From the human T2T-CHM13v2.0 reference genome, Homo sapiens: a stretch of 64,000 nucleotides of DNA. Location: assembly GCF_009914755.1 (NCBI RefSeq), contig NC_060934.1; one strand, given 5' to 3'. The translations under genes were made by a program, and so were the position numbers. A model generated the notes under the pieces. It was not told where the DNA came from. It was given only the letters and a program-made list of their open reading frames with translations, and made no database searches. Below, in pieces: positions 54,427 through 64,000 of this stretch (position 1 is the first letter of the stretch; every line of letters starts with the position of its first letter).

Positions 54427-57400
54427 ACGGACGGCAGGATTCTAATTTCTCTTACCACCTGTAAGTTATGGCCAAATTAAATGAATCCATAGGAGACTTG
54501 CCTTGTTCAGCTCCTGCAGTAACTACCTCTGTTTCTTGAAAGGCCTTTCTTTTTCCTGGCTTCCTTATCTGAAAAGGTTTACCGTGTCTTCATGCGAGTG
54601 GTTGTCATGCTTTAGAAAAATCACAAGCAGCAAAAAGTCAGAATTGTCAGTTCAGAAGACACTGCTTGTTCCACTGGGTACAACTGAGCAAGCAATGCTG
54701 GCAAACGATCTTTAGAAAAAAGCAGAGGATGGAACCGCAGCCAAATGAAGATAAAAAGGGCTGCCGGCTTTATTCTCATTGAAGGCTGGCAACAGAATCT
54801 GCAGGAGGGAAGACGTCTATCAGATAGGTCATCTGTTGTGTAATGAAGAATAGAAGGCCGAGACAGGCAGGAGGAGCAGGTGATGCTCCCTCTCTGAGGG
54901 GCAGGAGCACTAGAGAGAAACAGGAAAGCGTAGCTCTTGTGAACTGCCCACCTTTAATTTACTACCAAGGACTCTGCTTGTCAGGCAGGTCTGCGAGGGG
55001 AGGAGAAGCCCGTTTATAAGGTTATAAGTAAACTTGAAAATCTGCTTTTTATTTCTCTGTGGTCTGACTCATTAAAAATTCATTTCTTTCTGTACAGGGT
55101 GTCTTATTAAAAATGGTGAACGTATCAAAAATTTTCTGGTCCTGTGATATTTATACTCCTTTTTGAACACCTTATTGTGTGTGAGTGTGGTATGGTTTTA
55201 TGAGGAAGAAGCAAAATGATGGTGCTACATAGTCAGTTTTAAATGCCTGTCTTTGTCAAGGAATTTTTTCCTCATACTGCTCTGTTCATCAAATGTATGG
55301 GGTTCTGCTAAAATAAAAAAATATGCAAAAGATATATTCTCTATGAAAGTTGATTTACAAATGCCCAGTTTAAAATCGTGACAGCATCACTGGGCTATTA
55401 TGCTTTTAGTTTCTATAAGAAGGTTCAGTTTGGTATCTTTATCTTGCAAAAAGCAACGTGCTGACCTGGGAGAGCTGGCCAGGGCAGTGGGATGGGGCCA
55501 CTTCAGGGCTGGGTGGGGCCTGGGGCACCCCTAACACTTGCATGAGCGGAAGGAAAGGAAATAGGAATCTAAAATGAGTTTGGCCCTTCATTTGCATGGG
55601 AACTAGAACCCTGCACTTCTACTTATTGTGAAGGTAATGGGAGACACCGAAGAGCCCTTTCAGCCAAATACACTTTGGCAAGATGCCCCCAAGAAGGAAC
55701 TGTAAATCAGATCATTTAAGAAATGTACTACCTTGAATGGGGTGGGCGGTGACTCCCAGGGGATTCCACCTCCTCTGGCCAGCCTTCTGGAATCAATAAT
55801 GACCATTTGTGCTTAGTGAGAGACAGAAGGACTCATCCTTTCTGTATTGACTGGCTGGGGTATCCGCCATCCTGCCCCTGTGGCCAGGCATTCACGTCCC
55901 CACACAAGTCAGAACTATGGAGATGGCGCCTGGACGCCAGCTTCACCATTCATCAGCAGCGCTGGCCCTGGCATGGCCCAGTGCCTTGCACACATGCATG
56001 CATCATTCATCTGCCCCCCTTCACAGATAATCTCATGCAGTATGATTCTTTCCTTTCTGCCTTCTGACATGCAGGCCTGGCCATGGGACCCAGCAGTAAA
56101 TATCTATCTTAAACAAATTGCTGTCAGTACGAAGTCACCAGGGACGTTTAAGAGGGAATTAGGAATTAAGAATTTGTGGCTATGGCTAATAAAAGATGGA
56201 TTGGTTTATTTGTGTGGCTCTGCAAATGTGGGCATTAAAATAGGTGGAAAAGACTAAAATAAGACAACAATTACACTTCTGAATAGATCATACCCAATTA
56301 TCTGGCTATTAATTTGCTAGTTACTTTGTTAAAATGGTGTGCGTGTATAACCTTACATATATGTTACTGTGTAATGTGTATTGTTTATATATAAATATAT
56401 GTGTCTTACACACACACACACACACATCCACATATTGTGTATATTAGAATAAGGAAGTTAAAACAAATAGACTCTAACTGTATGTTTCAGTGGTGACAGT
56501 TTGGTTATCCAATGGTTATGCTGTACAAAAGTGGCACATTAAATGAATGCTTGTTAAATATGCAGAATGGTAGCTTTGGTTTAAATAATTTAAAATTCAA
56601 ATTGAAAAAGACTGTATGCCCACATTTTAGGATTTAATCTTTTTGGCAATCTAAAAGAAAAAAAGTTAACTGAGGCTAAATAGCTTGGTTATCCAGCTGT
56701 ATGTATTTTATGTGCTGTCGATACCCTGAAATAAGAAGATTATGATGTTTAAAATCAGGTTTACAGATGTATTTTCTACTTTTTAAGCCAGAAAACCCTC
56801 TAAATTGTTAGGCCTGCATTCTTTAATCTCCCTACTTAAGCCAAAAGGTGAGCTCAGGAAAAAAATATCCACTATTTCCATCCATAAAGAGGAGCTTAGC
56901 AATGCTTTAGGAAGTGGCTGCGCGATTCCATTGTTCATGTCAGAGACAAAAACTCAGAGTTGGGGATGTTGGGGCTGGTGGAGGGCTTTTTCCTCTTGAA
57001 GGCATTTCCTGAACGATCCTGGGATGCTGTGCAGACACCAGCCTAGAGTCTGGTTTACGTTTGGGGGGTCCATGAGTAACGCAAACTCTGTACCCGCTTT
57101 TCCTCATGTGGGTGAAACTGGGGCTTGCAGTGGTGATGCCCGGGCCCCACGGCTTCATGCAGTCACCCCGGGACATCTCCAGTGACGAGAGACCTCAGTG
57201 TCCCCCTCACGTGTGGTCTCTTGACCCCTCCAGGCCACAACCTGAGTCCCTGAGCCTCTTCTAGGCCCTGCTCCATCCTTTGTGTCTCTGTCATGTACCG
57301 CAAGCTGCCAAATCTGTTCAAAACTATCTGTGACAACAGCTTTGCAGCGTAACAGAAAGCCTCTGATGTTCTGACCACATCAGTTAAAGAAATGTGAAAC

Positions 57401-57445
57401 TTTTAGTACCCAAGGAAGGGCTGATGAGAAAAATATTGCAGGGCA

Positions 57446-57568
57446 GGCCGAAGCCTGTGGTGGACTTCCGGCCACGCCCCCTGGTGGATTTCTGGCCAGA
57501 CCCCTAGTGGACTTCCGGCCAGGCCCCCTGGTGGAATTCCGACCAAGCCGCCTGGCAGACTTCCGGCC
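57446..57568. repeat. 23-24-bp minisatellite, five units, containing reverse CTCF and ETS motifs
   Basis: Units GGCCGAAGCCTGTGGTGGACTTCC, GGCCACGCCCCCTGGTGGATTTCT, GGCCAGACCCCTAGTGGACTTCC, GGCCAGGCCCCCTGGTGGAATTCC, GACCAAGCCGCCTGGCAGACTTCC. Confidence 0.88.
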
Positions 57569-58267
57569 TTGCACAGGCCTGCCTTGGGAAGGCAGTTGGG
57601 GCTGGTGAGTGGCTCACAGACTGTGGGACACTGGGGGCTGCTGCTCTTGATAAGGCCCAGGGATGGGTCACCTCCCCCAGGGAAGCTCCCTCCCTGGCCT
57701 GAGAGTGGTGGGGGCATGGCCCATCCCTGGGGAACCCGGGAAGGGTGGGCGCCTTCACAGAGACCGGGCCCTGGGGTCCTTGGCTGGGGTCCTGATAAAG
57801 GAGTTGTAGGGGTTCTGTCTGTGGTGAGCTGACACCGGAGACAGCCTGGTCTCCAATTCTGTCCACACCTTATTGGCCCAAAATCGCTATAGAGAGAAGG
57901 GCACCCCACCCACCCTGTCTTGTCGCTGCCACTCTGGAGCCACAGAGCCACCCTATTCCTGGTCAGTCTTCCATATATCCTGGTACAACCGGCCGGGAGA
58001 ACAGGGTTGGAATCTGCAACTTCCACCGAAGCACATGCAGTTTCTCTTTCATGGGATGTTGTCATGCCCCGTTGAAACACACTCCCAGTGATGAACTGCG
58101 TGAGCTTTCCTAGGAAACAGGAAGAAGGGAGACCAAAAGCAGGGAATCTGACCCCAGGACTCACTGACAAGCCCTTGGTGAGGAGTTTGCTGGTGACTTG
58201 GCCAGAATTACAAACACTTTTAATTCTCACTTTCGATGCTTCACATGATTTCAAAATGGGCTGTCTT

Positions 58268-58864
58268 AAACTAGTTCAACCATTGTGGAAGACAGTGTGG
58301 TGATTCCTCAAGGATCTAGAACTAGAAATACCATTTGACCCAGCCATCCCATTACTGGACATATACCCAAAGGATTATAAAGCATGCTGCTATAAAGACA
58401 CATGCACACGTATGTTTATCGCGGCACTATTCACAATAGCAAAGACTTGGAACCAACCCAAATGTCCATCAATGATAGATTGGATTAAGAAAATGTGGCA
58501 CATATACACCATGGACTACTATGCAGCTATAAAAAAGGATGAGTTCATGTCCTTTGTAGGGACATGGATGAAGCTAGAAACCATCATTCTGAGCAAACTA
58601 TCCCAAGGACAGAAAACCAAACACCACATGTTCTCACTCATAGGTGGGAACTGAACAATGAGAACACTTGGACACAGGGTGGGGAACATCACACACCGGG
58701 GCCTGTCGCGGGGTGGGAGGAGGGGGGAGGGATAGCATTAGGAGACTTACCTGAAGTAAATGATGAGTTAACAGGTGCAGCACACCAACATGGCACATGT
58801 ATACATATGTAACAAACCTGTAAGTTGTGCACATGTACCCTAGAACTTAAAGTATAATAATAAA
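58268..58864 (+). mobile_element. 5'-truncated L1PA4/5-like element (about 600 bp)
   Basis: ORF2 C-terminus (MFIAALFTIAKTWNQPKCPS...MFSLIGGN*) and 3'UTR ending ccctagaacttaaagtataataa; degenerate TSD aaaatgggctgtctt / aaaacgagctgcctt. Confidence 0.95.
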
Positions 58865-59549
58865 AAAACGAGCTGCCTTAACACATTCTGTGGGTGAATT
58901 GTTCTCTTCCACTGTGTGAGAGAGCATCTCCCATCCCAGCTCTGCCTTCTCTGCCTGGTAACACCAAACTCTCTCTCTTTACCAGGAGTCCCCACCAGCA
59001 TTGCAACTCGGTCCTGCTTTTCCCGCTTGCAAATTTTGCCTGTCTCATCATCTCTCCTTGCCAGGCAAACATCTTCCAACACTGCTATTCATCCTCTGCC
59101 CACATCCCACTCCCACACTTCTTCAACCCATCCTAACTTAGCCCTTTCCCATGTTCTTTCCCAGGTCACCAGTGGCCTCCTTGCTGCTAAAATGGGTGGA
59201 TTCCATAAGGCAGCACCCGCTGTAGGTGGCCATTCAGTTCTCCAACTCCCTCCCCAGGCCCCGGGCTCTGCATCTTCTGAGTTTCCCTCCTCTTTCTCCT
59301 CCACTGCTCCTCCCAGGCTCCTTGGCTGGTTCCTCTTCTCTCCTCTTATTTCCAGAGTTGAGCGCCTTGTTTGGATCCTCAGCTCCTTTCTCTTTTGCTC
59401 CACATGAGCTCACTGGAGATGTGATTCTCTCCTGGATCTGACGACTTCAATTCTTGCCTTGAGCCCAGGCCTGTCTTCTGAATCCCAGGCTGTACAGCCA
59501 AGTGCCTACTGGCCATCAGCACCATGTCCAAGCTCACCTCCTCACCCAC

Positions 59550-59949
59550 TGTCCTAGTTAGCTCAGGCTGCTATAATAGAATTCCATAGACTTGGGGCTT
59601 AAATAGCATGCATTTATTTCTCACAGTCCTGGAGGCTGGGAAGTCCAAAATCAAGATGCTGGCTGATAGAGTTTCTGGTGAGGGCCTGCCCATTCCCTGG
59701 CTTGCAGACAGCTGTCATCATGCTGTGTGCTTACATGGCAAGGGGATGGTGAGGGAGGGAAACAGAGAGATAGAGCACTCTTTAGTATTTTTGTCTTATA
59801 AGGGCACAAATCCCATCATGAGAGCCCACCCTGCCAAACTCATCTGAACCTATTAATCTCCCCGAGGCCCTACTGCCTAATACCATCACATTGGGAGTTA
59901 GGACTTCAACATGTCAGGCCTTGGGGACACAAACATTCAGTCCACAACA
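59550..59949 (-). mobile_element. MLT1A-type MaLR solo LTR within L2-like sequence
   Basis: ctcaggctgctataa ... atttatttctcacagtcctggaggctgggaagtccaa ... ggggacacaaacattcagtcca. Confidence 0.85.
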
Positions 59950-61549
59950 CCCCTAGAGAAAACTAAAATGCTGACGACGACAATAACAAGGGCAAGGACT
60001 CCATGATCACCTGGCCCCACCCCTCTCTCTTGGCTCTCCTGGTAAATGCTGTTGTCCAGCTGCTCAAGTCCTCTGAACTTTTTTTTTTTTCGTTTTTCTC
60101 TCCTCTGCCTCATACATATCTAATGAAAAAGGCTTGTCAGCACCCCTGCAACAGCCCTGACATTCCCGCTGCCACTACCCCAGTCTCAGCCACAGTTGCC
60201 TCTTCCCTGGACTCATGAACCGCCTCCAGCTGGCCTCCCTGATTTCCACCCAGACCTGCCCCCATGGTGCAGCCAAAAGGGCAGCAGTGGTCCCCTCGCC
60301 TGTTGTAAGAATTTCAGTAGTGTCCTCAAATAATGCCCAGACTAAACGAGGCAGCCTTTGAGGCCCCCCAACTAGCTCTCCTTCTCTTTGCCTCTCCAGC
60401 CTCCTCTCTCCCCTGCCTCTGAAGGCCACGCACTGACATCCTTTCCCAAGGTGCCTTTAGGTATCTTCCCCATCCCTGCCTGGTTAAGGCATTCTTGAGT
60501 TCTCAGAGCAGCTCCATCTGCCCTGGGAAGCTCCCTGAGATCCCCCTGCACTGGGCAGGGTGCTCTTCCAGTGATCATCCTCAGACCCCAGACCGTCCAG
60601 GTTCTGTCTTGACTACACCATATGTTATCTTTGTCCTTCCTGCCCACTCTTCTGCCACTCTGCCCTGGCTATCTTTGTAGCTCTGAAACCCATCAGTGCC
60701 CAGCACACCAAGCATTGCAGATTGAGCTGCCCAATTCCCATCAGATTTCATTTCCAGTTGGAACACTCTGAACTTACTGGGCAAAATGTCTTTGTTGCAG
60801 ATTTTTCTTGAATAATTTGTTTTTTAATGGCAAAAATGTCCATGAAAAAATCAGTTCGTTTTGAAAGTAACTTTAAAAACTGAAATTCTTTATTGGAGAA
60901 AAATGTAAATCAGGCAATTTGGTAGTTTCCTCATGTTCTTGTTGCTTTATTTTTAATTCATGATCAGAAATTCAGACCCTGGTTCCTGATTCCACAGGAC
61001 CAGCTGAGATGTAAAGGGCCTCTCTTTACCTAGGGTAGCCTCTTGGCCTCTGACTTCTCTGGGGGTGGTGGTGGAGGGATAAACCTCTCTCCCATCTTAA
61101 CCTTAGGTCCTAAGTCTATAAAAAGGAAGACGGGGTTAGATCATTTCTGAGGTGCTTTTCAACCCTGAGTTTCTATATTTTTGTGCTGTTAAAACAAAAC
61201 AAGTATTTATGTGCCCAGGTAATGTCTTACAAATTCCCAAGCCCATATTCTAAAGCAAAATACCCACATATTTCCCAAGAGAAGTAAGTCTGCCCATCCT
61301 CCTCCCTCTCTTCCTTCTCCTCATCTTATCTGCTGCTGACTTTTACCAAGGACCACAAGTGGCTGTGGTACAGAGGCTGCTCAGAAGGGTGGGTGATAGC
61401 AACCGGTAGATGACATCCTTCTAAGGGCCTCAGTGCTGTGATGAGAGCCAGTCCTTGTGACCCCTCCATCCTTCCCTGGCAGTACTAAACCTCGAGCCCA
61501 CTTGCCCTGTGTGGGATCAGTCCCAGGTTGACATCAGCCTTAGGCAGGG

Positions 61550-61738
61550 AAGTGATTGTCCACAAAGCAGGGGTATATGAAAATCCCCTGGGAGCTTGCT
61601 CACATGCAGAGTCCTGGGCCCCCTCCATCACTTTTGGTTCAGGGGGCCTTTGGTGGGGCCTGGGAACCTGCACTTGAACCAGCTTTTGAGGAAATGCTGA
61701 TGCCGGCAGTTCATGGGCCTCACGTGGAGATTCACTGA
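61550..61738. mobile_element. MER5A-like hAT element
   Basis: aatcccctgggagcttg...tgcagagtcctgggcccc...ggtggggcctgggaacctgca. Confidence 0.6.
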
Positions 61739-62999
61739 TGATGTGCAGTGATTCAAGGTCCCAGCGAGACGCTGGGCCAGCGCCCTGCCTTTCAGGACTG
61801 TTGTGTTGCATCCATCCCAGTGGAAATGGATCCCACTTTAACAGCATAAGTGCCTGTTTATTGCTTTTATAGTGCCCGTTTTCTTTCTACTGCCTGGGAA
61901 GGATAATTCAATTTTAATCTGTATTACAGACTATTAATATTAATAAGTTTATATATTAATAGTTTTAGCATTCTTGTAAATGATATAAATAATATTATAG
62001 ATAATAATAAGATTTCATGGCTGGGGTGGTTGGGGAGCTGCAGAAAGCTGACTCTAGTCACTCATTGTAGGGATGTAGTCTACACAGGGTGGAGGAGGGG
62101 AGGATGAGACCCTGAGGGGAAAACATGTCTTGGGGCTCAGAGTCAGGGAAGAGGCCAGACCCAGGCTGGGAGAGAAGGGAACTAGGACACCAGAGGCCCT
62201 TTCTTGCTGGGGCTGTCCCTGCTCCCAGCTCTGAGGTAGCAGTGACTGCACTGTATCTCAGTGGCTTTCCCTGAGCAGGTCAGTCACAAGGCCTGGTCTC
62301 TATCCGCTTCCCCACAACTACATGGGCAAGGGAAGAGGGATTTTGAGCCCGTCGCTGTAGCTTGGTTCTCCCGATTCCCACCTGTCAAGGGCAACAGCCT
62401 GGGGTCTTCCTCCAGTGCCTGGAGCCACAGAGAGGAGCTCCCGCCACCCGCTGTTGGAAGGCTTTGCTAATTCCTCTACAGTGACCTGGAATCAGCTGGC
62501 CTCAGCCCCGCCAGGCCTGTGGCCCGGCCCTCAGGCACCTCCCGGGGGATGCCCACACCTTTGGTTCAGCTCCTCTGCACCCCATTAAGCCTGGGTGATG
62601 GGCACATATGCACTCAGCATGCCTTTCTGCAGACCACTGGGTCATTAGCAGGGATGAGAGGAGTCCCAGATGTTAGAGGAACATGGCAGTGCTTCATGGA
62701 CCACCACTGGGACAGATAAACACGGGGGAGCCAGCAAGTCATTGGATGCCAGAAGACTGGCACATTGACTCCATCGTGAAAGGCGAGACTGGTGACATTG
62801 GGGGGTGGCAATGGGGAGAAAGGGAAGGTACTTTTGTCTGAAGTATGGAGAGGAGGAGTGCCTACTTCTTGAAGAAAGGGAGTTGGAAATATTTCAGTTG
62901 CCTTGAAGGGAGACGACTTATGCTCATCCTAGTATCCCTGATTGTGTGAATGAAACCTCTGGTTTCTGAAAGCCTAGGCTCGGCATATCCCAGGCCTTG

Positions 63000-63200
63000 C
63001 AGTATGGAGTAGGAGGAAGAGCCTGGGCTCCAGGGTCAGAAGTGACCTTGGACAGGGTCCTTAATGCCCCTGAGCTTTCGTTTCCTCATCTTTAAAAGGG
63101 GATAATAGCAGTCCCATTCGCAGCGGCCCCTGAGAATCACAGAAGGTGACCTGCATTCCGCAGTTAGCACAGGCTTGGTACAGAGGAGCTGCTATTACCC
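63000..63200 (+). mobile_element. MIR
   Basis: gtgaccttggacagg..cttaa..ccctgagc...gtttcctcatctttaaaaggggataatag. Confidence 0.65.
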
Positions 63201-64000
63201 TTGTTGGCTTTAGTCCCACTTGCTCAGTCATCTGCGGCCACCCACGTTTTAAATTCTGACCTTGGTCATCTGGGAGCAGGATTTTGGCTCAAACATGAGC
63301 ATTTCCAACAAAATACTGAAATACAAGTGCTGGTTTTTGTTTTATGTTTCTAATGCCTTTTATTTGGATATAGTCTGATAGAAAATGTTACTGCCTTTTG
63401 TGCGGTACCAGATAATCAATAGCTTTGAGGAAACTAATGGGAAAATGACAGTAAATTATATACACGTAGGACTCTGAGAAAAGAAAGAACTGTTTTTGCA
63501 AAATTTAATAAAGTGTTTGCATTAGCAATGTATTCAAAATCGCCATTGCATTTGCACTGTGTGTCAATACCATAATTCGTCGCCTATTGAAAAGTTTCAA
63601 AATTTGGATCATGTGAGGATTCACCTGCTCAAGGTGTTTTCAAAGACAAAAATGAACATTGAGAAGTGACCATGCTCTTCCTCTAGTGGACATCTTGAGG
63701 ATTTGATTAATGTGAAGCAGCCCAGGCCAGCTACTATTAATTACTATTAATACATCGACTAGACCAAGAGGCCCAGGGAGTGTGTTATGCTTCGTTCAAG
63801 TAACCACAAAACTCTATTTTGTATTTTCTGAATAAAAATGAACATTGCATTTTTGGTGCCCCCTTCCCCCACCACTAGGAATGGTATGCAGTTCATTTTG
63901 GCCATGCAGGTCTGAAAATATTATCTGTGTTTGCACACAATGTTTAGAATCAGGTTTTATTAGAAGGAAATCTCTCAAGATTGGAACCTACAGAAATAAT

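Noticed and set aside
57446-57568. 24-bp repeats as a CRISPR or iteron array
   Set aside because: The units are head-to-tail with no spacers, so this is a eukaryotic minisatellite
57403-58254. 283-aa minus-strand ORF crossing the minisatellite
   Set aside because: No recognisable domain, GC-rich low-information composition, and the start lies at the L1 insertion junction; no support for coding
61930-61963. 11-bp AT-rich inverted repeat (actattaatat / atattaatagt)
   Set aside because: Low-complexity AT DNA produces such stems by chance

Overview
This is eukaryotic, primate (human-like) genomic DNA. I found no supportable protein-coding gene, RNA gene, operon or CRISPR array, and I cannot name the locus from sequence alone. 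The left 24 kb is repeat-dense: 14 Alus, two Tigger3/MER7 DNA transposons, old L1 fragments, and a complete MSTA-type MaLR provirus with a THE1 LTR nested inside it. At about 24.8-26.7 kb there is a CpG island with a G-quadruplex-prone GGGAC repeat and two identical forward CTCF-like motifs. The right 40 kb is Alu-poor. It holds enhancer-like unique sequence, a Tigger3b copy whose internal CACT motif expanded to about 520 bp, and a near-full-length inactive L1PA element (38.3-44.5 kb, 19-bp TSD). It also holds a 24-bp minisatellite at about 57.5 kb that alternates reverse CTCF and ETS motifs. The only real coding relics are the broken L1 ORF1 and ORF2; the other ORFs look like artefacts of repeats or GC-rich DNA. 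I did not find a clear new gene-encoded system. The best candidates are cis-regulatory or structural: the CTCF/ETS minisatellite convergent with the CpG-island CTCF pair, two TE-seeded VNTRs, a local templated inversion that predates the L1 insertion, and a roughly 50-bp L1 insertion. Repeat subfamily names come from my recall of consensus sequences and need RepeatMasker/Dfam confirmation.
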